A model generated the notes under the pieces. The model saw only the letters and a program-made list of their open reading frames with translations. It was not told the origin of the DNA and did not search any database. The translations under genes and the position numbers were made by a program. Positions 10,748-22,250 of a stretch of 64,000 bases of DNA are shown piece after piece (the stretch's first letter is position 1; every line of letters begins with the position of its first letter). The stretch lies in the NCBI RefSeq assembly GCF_963921235.1, contig NC_086120.1:8556001-8620000 (forward strand), read 5' to 3'. The stretch is from Mobula hypostoma. Lineage: Eukaryota.

Positions 10748-11840
10748 TGTCATACTGGGGTAGCTGGAAACGGACCCAAGTGAAAGACACAAACACTGAA
10801 GTTCTAGGGACAGGACTAGGATACAGGGTAAGGACAAGGACGGTCACATAAACTGAGAATCGAGAACAGGACTGGACGAAAAAGCTAGGACCCCTGCTTG
10901 GACTCCGAGCCAGAAACTGGACAAGGACCCAGTACCAGGGTCTTGCCTCTAGCTCGGACCCAGAACTGGGTAAGGATGAGGTTTGGCTGGCAGGCAGAAC
11001 GAGGCTGGAGTCTTCAGGCTTGAGGGTAGAGACCAGAGGTGAGGCTTGGCAGGAGGCAGGACGCAGGAGTCTTCAGGTTTGAGGTTAGAGACTTGAGGCG
11101 AGGCTTGGCAGGAGGCAGGAGGCTGGAGTCTTCAGGCTTGAAGCTAGAGACTTCAAGTGAGGCTTGGCAGGAGGCTGGAGGCTGGATATTTGACTGGGGG
11201 CCAGAGGCTAGAGGCACCTCTTGGGTAGGGCGCGGTAATCCTGGGCAGGGCCCGGTACCCCTGGGCAGGGCGCGGAACTCCTGGGCAGGGTGGGGATCTC
11301 CACCCGATGGGACAAGGGACAGGAAGGGACAGAACAAACAGCAGGTAACGGCAATACTGCCTGGTTTACCCGACGAAGGCAAGGGACTGGATGTGACAGA
11401 ACCAACTGCCGGTAACAGCAAGACGGCCTGGCTTACCTGGTCGGAGGCAAGGGACAGGAAGGGAGCTAGGTACAGTATGGCTCCAGGACAAGACTGCAGG
11501 CGACATGAGGCGAGAGTTACCAGCAAGACAAGGTAAGGTTTCAGACAATGCAAAGCGAAATGAGAACTTCAGGTGAGGCAAGAGTTACCGGCAAGACAAG
11601 GCAGGACTTCAGGCGAGGAAACAGAAGGCAGAGGAAGGGATACAAGGAGTAAGGACAAGAACAATCCAGCAGCCACGCCCTGGTCTCTGAAGGTATTTAT
11701 GCAGCTAGCCCCAACAAGCATCAGCTGCCTCAATTAGAGCTCAACCAGAACAGAAACAGGGTAGACAGGAAAACCTGGAGCAAGTGTCGATAGACCGGAA
11801 CATGAACCGGAATACGGACTTCACGGACTGGACCATGATG
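10748..11840 (-). repeat. LTR E of array (1093 bp)
   Basis: Runs from TGTCAT to GGACCATGATG and abuts the right TSD CTATC. Confidence 0.85.
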
Positions 11841-12036
11841 CTATCAGACTGATTAACTCACACTGATTTGAGTGTATTTCTATGTTACATTTTCTGTTCT
11901 ATTTACTATAAATTACTATGAATTATTACCATTACACTTTGCATATTTATATGGAGACACAACATAAACATTTTTACTCCTCATGTACCTGAAAGATTAA
12001 GAAATAAAATCAATTCAATTCAATTTAATTCAATTC
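11841..12036 (+). mobile_element. Rex1/Babar LINE remnant, 3' end with (CAATT)n tail
   Basis: Continues the sequence broken at 5323 (caggctatc|agactgattaactc) and ends in aataaaat-caattcaattcaatttaattcaattc. Confidence 0.75.
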
Positions 12037-12879
12037 CTCTGCCAGAGGTGAAAGCCAGTGACACAAAATTCAATGAGTACCTTTCCTGTTGCAGAGAGGT
12101 GGGAGATGTCTCTATAGTTTTTGCAATTATCTTTTTCAGCCGTTTTGAAGAGTGTGACTGTCAGGACATTCCTGAGGTCAGCTTAAATCTTTTCCTGATC
12201 CCAGATCTTGATTAACAGATCATGAATATGATTTAGAAGTTCTGTGCCACCTTCCTAGAGGATTTCTGCTGGAGTTCCTTCAGGCCCAGTACTTTTGTTG
12301 TTCCTCAGTTTCTTGCAAGCCACTTGCTCCTCTTTGATACAAGGAGGCTTAATCATGTCGTCCTTCATGGGTCTTCTGCTTGACAATGTCAGTGTCCACT
12401 GTGGTGTTGCTGTTAAGCAGCTCTTGCAAGTGTTACTTCCATCGAGAATTTAGGACCTCATAGTCCAGCCGAGCAAAGGGGAGTTCGGCCACAGTGGTTT
12501 GGGACATACACTGTCTTGCTGGGGGAGGTACAGAGGCCCACGCTTTGGAGGTTAATAAGTAGAATCTGTATGCCTGCAGACTATGGGAGGAAATTGGAAC
12601 ATCCTGTATGCAAGGAAATGTTCAGCAGGGTCTATCAGCTCCTCATTCACTGCAAAAGATGTATGAATGTAACAGTCTCTTGCTCACTGCTGAATGAGGG
12701 AATGCCCCTGCATTCAAATGGTCTCTGTCCTCGATGCTATTGGAGAATGGTACTGAAGTTCTGGGTTGGTGATTTATGGATTGGACAACAGTTCAATTCC
12801 ACTCTTTCCATTTTATGTTTTATTATTCTGTGTTTTTGCCCATTTTTCCTTATTGCATTTGCCCGATATAGAACATAGA

Positions 12880-13670
12880 ATATAGAAAATCCATAGCACA
12901 TTACAAGACCTTCGTCCCACAATGTTGTGCCGACCATGTAATCAACTCTACAAGCTGCCTGGAATTTTCCTATCGCATAGCCCTTTATTTTTCTAAGCTC
13001 CATCTACCTATCTAACAAACTCTTAAAATTACCTATTGTATCTGCCTCTACCAACTTCACTGGTAGCACATTCCTCACACCCACCTCTCTGTGTGTGAAA
13101 AACTTACCTCTGACTTTCCCCTGGTACCTACTTCCAAGTACTGTAAAATTATGCCCCCTCATGTTAGCTATTTCAGCCTTGGGAAAAAGCCTCCGGTTAT
13201 CCATGCCTCTTGTCATCTTGTACACCTCTATCAGGTCACCTCTCATCCTCCATCCCTCCAAGGAGAAAAGGCCAAGTTCACTCAACCTATTCTCATAAGG
13301 CACGCTGTCCAATCATAATGCTCTCCAATCCATGGAACAACCTTGTAAATCTGATCTGTACTTTCTCTAAAGCATTCACATTATTTCTGTAATGAGGTGA
13401 CCAGAACTGAACACAGTACTCCAAGTGGGTTCTAATTAAGATCTTACATAGCTGTAGTATTACCTCATGCCTCTTGAGCTCAATCCCATGGTTGATGAAG
13501 GTCAACACACCATACACCTTATTAATAATACTGTCAACCTACACAGCAGCTTTGAGTGACCCATGGACATGGACTCTCTTCAAATCTGTCCTGCCAAACC
13601 ACTTCACACTTATCTGGGATGAATTGCATCTGCCACTTCTCAGCCCAGTTCTGCATCCTATCCATGTCTT
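12880..13670 (-). mobile_element. Older CR1 LINE 3' fragment
   Basis: Minus-strand ORFs give VILQLCKILIRTHLEYCVQFWSP and YENRLSELGLFSLEGWRMRGDLIEVYKM; CR1-type tail near 12880. Confidence 0.85.
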
Positions 13671-13685
13671 GCTGATATATTTATA

Positions 13686-14381
13686 TGTAAGGGTGTTTCG
13701 ACTTTTATGTTACTGCGGAGGCTAACTAACATGGCGTTTTTGTTATGTTAATCTGGGGAATGTGGCTTTGTTGTGTTAAACGCTGAGAAAGTTTGCGCTA
13801 GCAGTTTGTTTTAGTTTAGAGTGTGATAAGAAATATGCAATTAACCAACTGGGATAGTTGTTTATGGTTTGGTGTGTTTGAAGATACTGTATGTGTGGGG
13901 TTTTGGGGGAGAAGGTGGGAGAGCGAGACAGAGGATGGACGAGGTGCTGTGATGTCTGCTAACGGGGTCAGACCCCGAGGAGGGCGTTCGGCGAGGAGAC
14001 GGAGACGGACCCGTGTGAAGCGTCTGGTCGACCACCATTGTTGGTCCCAGGCGGCCGGTCGAGGTGGTCTGAGGGGTCGCAGGGTGAAGAAGAAGGTCCT
14101 TGAGCTCCAACTGTTTTTGTGCACGAAGAGATTGACCTTTGATAAGTATGGCGCCTTTTATTTTCCTTTTATATCTTATTCTCTCTTAATTATATAGTTC
14201 CAGTAATATCTATAAACTGTAAATCATTTAATCGTATCTGGTGTATTGTCTGTTATTTGGGCGGTGTGGGGTATATCACACAACATCTACACAAACGAAT
14301 TACCCAGTTTGCCGGGGCCGAGGGCTGTTTCCCTAGACGACAGCGAGCCGAGCAGCCCTGAGGGTGGCCGGGGGGGCTACA
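13686..14381. mobile_element. Solo LTR (696 bp)
   Basis: TGTAAGGG...GGGGCTACA termini (TGTA/TACA), flanked by a 4-bp TSD TATA at 13682-13685 and 14382-14385. Locally CpG-rich. Confidence 0.7.
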
Positions 14382-15898
14382 TATATATTTTGCACATTAG
14401 GTGGGGGGTGGTGGAATTGATGTTTTTGGTGCCATTTTCATGAATTGATTTTTCTGCATGGGGTTTCGATATTCTTATTACAATTTGAAGTACATGCTTT
14501 TTTTGCACATGGGTTGATGAACTTGTTGCCACCTGTGCAACGTTTTTGTGCGTTGGGGTGATGATATTGTTCTTTGAATGGCTCCATGGTTTTCTTTGTT
14601 TCGGGGCTGCCTGTAGAAGAGAAAGCTCAGAGTTGTCTACATCCTAAATACTTTGATAATAACTGTACATGAACTCCAAGGGGAGGACATAGAGACTCCT
14701 TACAGATGACATTGGAATTGAACTCTGAACTCTGATATCTCAAGCTGTAATAGCATCATGATAGCCTCTACACGAGGGTTCCTCTCCCTTTATCCACACC
14801 CTCTTCCTCCTCTCTCTCTTGATTCCATCTCTTCATTATCTGACCCACTATCCATCTCCAACAAACAGCACCAGCCTCTGCTCCACCTTCCGTCGTGCTG
14901 CTGTACACTGGTAATATTTCTAGTTCCTTCTCTGTCGTGACTCTTGCTCTCGGTACAAAATATCAATATACACCTTTTGTCTCCGCAGGTGTTGTCTGAC
15001 CCTCTGTGTTCTTCCACTATAGCTTTTTTGTACCCTTGAATAGCGATGATTTTTTTTCTCACAGTGACAACTGGCAAATGTATTATTGTTTTAAAAAATC
15101 TCTTGTTTGCATATGCCCTATTAAATTTCTCTTTCTTGCCTTTTAGGGGCTTAAGGCATTGTAGAGACCTATTGGTGGTTAAATTTATGCTGCTCAATTG
15201 CTCGATGCACACATTGTGGTAACTTGAGGTTTCCAGGCAATTTTTAGATCTGAGAAGTTCTGCTTATATACTCTTTTATGTACTGCTTATATACCATATT
15301 TCACATTGAATCAGGGTCAGCAGCTTTGTTTAATTGGAGTGGTGGAGTGAGGATATGCTGGAACCTGGTCACAAAATGTAGTGTAAATATATAATATTTT
15401 TCTTCTGCTGATGACTAATGCTTCATGTGCTATTTTTGAGATGCCAAATCTATTTTGAAACTATCTGATTTAGTTTATTGGTGCTGCCGCAGAATGCAAT
15501 GGAGGGAATGCTTGATGTTAATTGAAGATTTTGTCAACATGATTGCAGGGTGGATACTCTTCCCATTTACTCTGTGGAAGAAATACATTTGTTGTTTGAC
15601 TAAACTATGGAGAGTTAAGATTTTATTCCATGTGTGTTTCTCATGTTTTGTCTGGTAAACATGTTGTTAAGGGCTCAGTCAACTGTGATGTGTGGCTGTT
15701 GGTTCACTCCTTCTGATGGACTTTTAGGACCCCACCTAGAGAACATTGTTCTTTCTCCAGTCTGTGTGGCCTGCACCTTGAATTCACTATGATGGAGAAT
15801 TTATTTATATTTGAAACTGTGTTTTACCTTGCATTCACTCTGATGGAGATTTTTTATTTATCATTGAAACTGTATCCAAGACTGACAATTAAATGTTT

Positions 15899-16271
15899 AA
15901 GATCCTAAAGGGATTGGATAGGCTAGATGCAGGAAGATTGTTCCCGATGTTGGGGAAGTCCAGAACGAGAGGCCACAGTTTGAGAATAGAAGGGAAGCCT
16001 TTTAGGACCGAGATTAGGAAAAACTTCTTCACACAGAGAGTGGTGAATCTGTGGAATTCTCTGCCACAGGAAACAGTTGAGGCCAGTTCATTGGCTATAT
16101 TTAAGAGGGAGTTAGATATGGTCCTTGTGGCTACGGGGGTCAGGGGGTATGGAGGGAAGGCTGGGGCGAGGTTCTGAGTTGGATGATCAGCCATGATCAT
16201 AATAAATGGCGGTGCAGGCTCGAAGGGCCGAATGGCCTACTCCTGCACCTATTTTCTATGTTTCTATGTTT
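15899..16271 (+). mobile_element. Young CR1 3' fragment (heavily 5'-truncated)
   Basis: Encodes KILKGLDRLDAGRLFPMLGKSRTRGHSLRIEGKPFR..., nearly identical to the end of the 50683-52776 ORF; (CTATGTTT)n tail. Confidence 0.95.
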
Positions 16272-16829
16272 CCTTGTCAATAACCAGCATCTGATGAAAT
16301 GTCCTGAAACTCAGGCCTGAAATGTTTCACCCTTCCTACTAACACACTACCCTCTACTCTTTTCTAATCTGACTACGACTGAACCAGTATCAGTAATTGA
16401 GGCTGTACGGCTGATAGCAAAGACAATTATTTCAATTGGTAATGGAGGAAGATTGGATGTGATTAATTATGGCAAAGTTGGGTGGTTATCTGATTAACCT
16501 AGATGTCTCTGAAATATTAGAACATTGCACTGAAACAGGTCCTTCGTCACAAAAATCTGCAGTGAATGTTATGCCAAATAATACTAAATCTCTTCTGCAT
16601 AAACATGATCCATATCCCTCCACTCTTTGCAAATTCATGTCTGCATAAAAGTCTTTTAAAAATGACTATCATATTGGCTTCTAGCTCATTCCAGTCACCT
16701 ACCACTCTCTGTGAAAAAGTACTGTTTTCCCCATATATCTCCTTTAAACTTTATTCATCTCACCTTCCATCCATATCCTCTAATAGTTGACATTTCTACT
16801 ATGGAAAAGAGACTGAAGTTTTAGCCTAT

Positions 16830-17500
16830 CAATTGTATATTAGTATATCAGTAACATGCTAAGTATATTGTTGAATAAGCATTCTTTATTTGTTTAAACT
16901 ATTCATGTTAGGTTATATGTAAAAGTACATGAATTGCATATGTTATGATGCTACCTTGTCATATGTGTCTTCTTGCTTAAGTAAAAACGTAGTAAACAAT
17001 TTATTCCTGGGGCCCTTGTTGTCCTTTCAAGTAGTTTAATGTTTTGAAATTACAAAACATAACGGTGGGAGCAAGGAAGTTTTAAACAAACCCTAAATGA
17101 TGTTTTACCTGTTGAAGTGCAGCGAGAAGTTTAAGTTTTTGAAAAAGTGCAGCAAAATGGTTGAGTATTTAGAAAGCAACATAGCACATTTTATTTCTTT
17201 GGAGCAGCATTTTTTCTTCACAAAAGGAAAAATCACAGAATTCAAAAGAAAAGGAAGAAAACAAGAACTCACGGCTTCTTAAACTGTGAGTACTGGGTGA
17301 TAATAATCATAAAAAAGAGCAAAAATAGCTAACTACATGGAAAAGATGAGAAACCGAGTTGCAGTCAGGAATGAAAGTGCTTGTGATTACAGTTGCAGCA
17401 CCAAAACAGAAACCAGCCTGGCCAAACAAATTGTGATACCATTATGGCCAGGACTTATATGCACCAGACCAAATGTCTCAGTGTATCCCAAAAGCTCATC
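16830..17500 (+). mobile_element. Possible decayed gypsy LTR plus leader/gag start
   Basis: AT-rich LTR-like block ending ...ttacaaaacataac, followed by a degenerate PBS-like GGTGGGAGCAAGGA and a gag-like 'ANYMEKM' segment. Weak support. Confidence 0.35.
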
Positions 17501-20500
17501 CTTAAGAATGAACTCTAACATCTTGCCTACCAGCAGTGGTAATTTCCTATCTTTTGCATCCCTCGCTTCTTAAAGAGTTAAGTGACATTTGCAATTTGCA
17601 GCCCTCGAAAGCCATTGCTGAATCTAATGATTCTTGAAAGATGACTACTAATGCCTCCAAACTCTTGTCAGCTACCTCTTTCAGACAGGTGGGCTGTACC
17701 TCATCTGGTCCAGCCGGCTTACCTTTCAAGTCTAGGTACCTGAACTGAATTCAACATTCTATGTTTCTCCTGAAAGGGCACATCTTGTATACTGCAAATA
17801 CTCTTTGTATTCCTTTTGCCATCTGCAAGCTGACTAATCAGACACTCTGTATTTTCATCTGAGTCATTTTCTGTACATTGTAAAAAACAGGAGTCCCATC
17901 ACTGATACCTGTGGAACATCACTGGCCATAGTCCTCCAATCTGGATATTACCCTTCCACCACTACCCTCTGTCTTCTACAGCCAATCAATTTTAAGTTTA
18001 GTATACAGAGTTATCTTGTAACCAAAGTGAATTACTCTTCTGGATCAGGCTACCCTGAAGAAGCTTGTCAGATGCCTTTGCAAACTTTCTAGTGAACTTC
18101 TCTACCCTTCTCAGTCATATTTGCACCTCTCCAAAGACCTCAGTCAATTTTGTAAGACATGCTGTGCCCTGCACAAAGTTATTCTGACTACGAGTAATAA
18201 ACCCATGTTTTCCCAAATGTGATAAAATCCAATACCTAAGATTCTGCTCCAATAGTTTTAATAGCTGGAAGGAGGAACCTTGCTTCCTCTCTCCTTTCTC
18301 CCCTTTTACTGGATTCAGTACTCTGTAGTGCAGGTCATCTTATGAGAAAAGTTGAGGCCTGTATACTCTGCAATTTTGAAGACTAAGAAGGAAATTGATG
18401 GGATCCTCAGTTCCGTAGACATCTTGGCTGGCTGCCGTGGACAAGGTGTAGGTGTTCAAGAGTCAGGGACTGCATTTTTAGAACAGATGTGAAATTATAT
18501 TTGTTTTTCTCTCAGAGAGCCATGAACCTTCGGAATTCTTTTTCTCCAAGGGCCTGTGGAACCAGAATCAATTTATATTTTTTAAGTCAGGAAGAAGGAG
18601 TAAGGTTACCTGGAGCATGGAGTAATGGGACATAAAGTTGAACCATAAAGTTATTGAATGTCAGAGCAGGTTTTAAGGGCTGAGTGATCTACTTCTTCTC
18701 CTTAATTGATGCTCATGCAGAAATCTACCTAATGGACTTCGTCACATATCACTCAGCAGAAGACCTCACGTGATTGAGCACACTGGAACTCACTTGAAAG
18801 TAGACAATTCTGGCGCAATATGTTCAGTTGGTGGTCAAATTACAGTTCAGGTCTGACTGGCAGGAGTTTGTGGACTCTTCCTTTCCATCGCCAAGAAGTG
18901 ACACAAACTACTTCACCTTCAGCAGAGTTGTGAGCAGCTAGCCAGGTGTTTAAATACAATACTGACACCAAGTTAAACAGCATCCCAGCCTGCAGGAATG
19001 TTTTTTTGTTATTTCAAAGTGCTCCCTCATTCACTGTATAGAGTGGTAGCTGTAAGTTCGATTTCCCAGAGACCCAGTACTGCAGGCTGAGTTTCCTGGG
19101 AGAGAAGACACATTTGCTAAATAACCATGATGCAATGGCTGAGGCAAACCAATACAATCCGGGAAATGTCACACCAACTTCTTTTCAGTCAGTGATATCT
19201 CACTGCCCCCTACAGGACAAAATAATTATCATTTGTAGTAATTTTACACGGAAAAATATCAGCAGTTAATTATTATAAAATAAACCCTGCGATTAATATT
19301 TAGCAAAAGAAATAATGAGGCCATTCAGCCCATTTGGTCCATAGAAGCTCCCGATAGAGAAAATCCATTGATGCCAATTTTATTCTCCTCACACCTGCCA
19401 TCAAATACCCTTTCACTTGTCTGTTGCTTCATTACATGAAGGGAAACTATACTGGAAAATATCCGCACAGTGCAAGGAAAATAGAGCAACAGTGGGAAAC
19501 TCAAGTAGTCACAGAGAGAACTTACAAACTTCACATGGACAAGCTCAGGATCAAATCTAGGTCACTGAAGCTGTGAGATGTCAGCACTGTATGACAACTC
19601 ACACATCCTTAAGTCGATCCTCCCAATGCATGGTCCAATGCTTCTGGAGGAAGAAGATGAAAATAAGGGGGATCCTGGGCAGCCCTGGAACTGGTGAGCT
19701 CTGGTTTACAGTGCACCACTTTGCCAAATGCAGCTGCAGTCCAAACCAGTGAGCTGATCAATTGTGGGATAACAATTGGAGAGTCAGTAAGGGGAGAGGA
19801 ATGACAACAGCATTATTCTACTCCGCTCTGTAGCAAACTGCTGAAGTGCAGATTTCAGAGTTGATTATAACATCAAAAACTGTGCTGGTTGCTATGTATA
19901 TATCGGCAGCTGTAAGGACATTCAGGATATTAGTTTCTGTGGGAAAGTAATGAAATAATTAACTCCAGTGGAGCAATTCTCCTAAATGCAGCTAAGGTAC
20001 ACTGCATCATTAACATTCATTAATGACAATCCACTGGATAATGCGAACACAGGTCACAAATCTGTGAATCCATGGTCTCTCAAGGAGATCAGGAATGGAG
20101 AAATTTGGATTCATATTGATAGGAAAGGAACAGAGAATTGTACAGAACAGAACAGGCCTTTTGAGCCACGAGGTTAATTAATGCCTCACAAAACAATTCC
20201 TTTCTGCCTACACAATGTTCATATGTCTTCCTTCTCTGCAGATTCATGTGCCTACCTAAAAACTTTTTAAATGCCTCAATCATATTTGACTCCACTACCC
20301 ACTCTGGCAGTGCATTCAAGGTCACACTTTCTGCAAAAATATCCCTGCAAATGTCCTTTGAACTTACCTCTTATCATAGGTGCATGCCATCTCGTATAGG
20401 AGACTTTTATCATGGGAAAAATATGCCAGATTTGCCCAACACTTCCCTATAGCACTTGCCCTCAACTTTAGGCAGCATCCTGGTAAAACTTTTCTGCACC

Positions 20501-21984
20501 CTTTCCAAAGCTGCCACTTCCTTCCTATTATGGGTTGACTGGAACTGAATGCAATAAATGTGCAATTGATTCAAGAGTGATGTATTTCATTGACCATATC
20601 CATCCATTTGTCGATAGATATTATATCATAGAAATGCCTTTACAATAATGATATACAGAGATCTATAAACCAACAAGTTCCACTGCTTGGTTTCTTTTTT
20701 AGAATACATAAATCAATCTTCTGTAGAGGATGCAGTTACTAAAACAAGCGCCCTTGCTCATTAGGATGTCCATACTCCTGCTCAATACCTGTGATCCAGA
20801 TTGCTCTCTGTGTGAGGAGCGCCGAACTGGGCTAGATGGGTTCACTTGCCCTTGTCTGCCACACTCACTGCCTGGCTTCCGCTGGGAAGAGTGGTCACTG
20901 TGTCAGTGAACTGCTGCTCCAGGTGCCCTCAGAGAAAGTTGGAAAATTGGAACACAGGAAGAATATAACTGAGTTTTTTTAACTTTGGGCAGATGTGTAA
21001 AATGGTGGTATTCACGTTCCTTTCATTGATAACTGATATGATAGTGGTATTTGAAGCTACTTCTTGTATGCTTTCATGCAACTGAAGAATTCAACTTGAG
21101 TACATTGGAGAAACAACAGACATGAGGGCAGGTTTGATTCCTGGATCTCTGGGACTGGAAACAACAGCGTGGCCATGTCCATGGGTCAAATGAGGGAACT
21201 AAACAATGCCACAATGTGAAGGGCAACCATATTTCCTGTTCCCAACCCAAAGGATAGTATTCATTCATTGAGAGATTTTAATCCGAAGTTTCATCAGCCT
21301 CCAAGTAGTACTGTAGAATGGGTGAATTAATGAATTTAGACCCATGCTGGGCACTGAGTTGATGAAAATTTGCTTGATTGTAACAACCACAACTGAGAAT
21401 GGGATAACTGTACAATGACCCATTTTTACCATGGTCAAACTTCCTTCGTTAAATACGTGTTTTTCAAATATACTTCAAAATTCATCAGTTTCTCAATTTC
21501 AAAGTCAAGTTTTACAAAGTAATTTTTTCTGGTCATGACTCACTGTAATATTAAGCAAAGCTGAGTTGGTAGGTAATCTGTTCAAGATAAGAAATTTATC
21601 AAAATTCCTAGATCTGCACACACAATGCTGTGAAATGTCAGTCCAGACGAGGAGCATTGTGAGTTTGGTGGAAGGATGATGATACTCAAATATGAATTCC
21701 CTGCTGGAATGGCCAGTACTGACATCACCTCCCTCATTGCTAAAAGTAAAGAGTATGATTCGGTGGGTTTCCTTCCTGGTGCTCTGTCTCCTGAAAAATG
21801 AACTCTCACATTTATGATCCGCAGATGAACCCACAGCACCATTCTCACTATTTTCTTGCTTGTTCATTTATCTCTCAGCCTATCTATTTATCCATCAATC
21901 CATCTGTTTATTTATTTGTTATTTATCTGTTTGTCTCTTTCTTTATTGAGCTTTTTATCTATCTATCTACTTAGTTATAGACTA

Positions 21985-22250
21985 TTTATTGGGATACAGT
22001 GTGGAGTTGGCCCTCCGGGCATTTCAAGCCATTCCATACAGCATCCCATCAATTTAACCTTAGCATAATCGCAGGTGAATTTACAATGACCTTATGACCG
22101 TTACATTGTTTGAATGTCGGAGGAAACTGGATCAGCTGGAAGAAACCCATGCAGTCATGCAGAGAACGTGCAAACTCCTTACAGCCAGCATCGGGAACTC
22201 AACCGAGGTAAACGGTAAACTTTGTGCATATCACTACACAACTGTGCCAC
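21985..22250 (-). mobile_element. V-SINE/HE1-like SINE
   Basis: Minus strand reads ...tgtaaggagtttgcacgttctc...gggtttcttcc...tttcctcc, the V-domain-like core, with a CR1-like 3' tail ending in (AATA)n. Related decayed copies lie at about 19330-19570 and 50000-50270. Confidence 0.6.

Larger units (their letters stand above)
5324..11840 (-). mobile_element. Tandem array of a non-autonomous miniature Ty3/gypsy (Tf1/sushi-like, TRIM-like) element: LTR-I-LTR-I-LTR-I-LTR-I-LTR
   Basis: 5-bp TSD CTATC at 5319-5323 and 11841-11845. Termini are TGTCAT...ATGA(CA/TG). Five LTRs of 1073-1276 bp and four 165-bp internal segments (6463-6627, 7904-8068, 9345-9509, 10583-10747). On the minus strand each internal segment starts GAAAAATCCAGCCACCC-ATGGACCCAG (PBS plus MDPA-type gag start) and ends AGAGAGGCGGGGT(G/A)TGTCC (PPT-like). 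Confidence 0.85.

Noticed and set aside
5234-11581. The many 60-214 aa ORFs in the tandem array as real genes
   Set aside because: They occur in several frames on both strands, are low-complexity translations of LTR-internal repeats, differ by frameshifts between units and have no recognisable domain.
5324-11840. Purine-skewed repetitive array as an Ig switch-like region
   Set aside because: It is 43 kb from the Ig gene, light chains do not class-switch, and the LTR/TSD/PBS/PPT structure explains it fully.
21505-21867. Overlapping minus-strand ORFs with a possible splice acceptor as a host exon
   Set aside because: I could not recognise a protein family, a matching donor or neighbouring exons.
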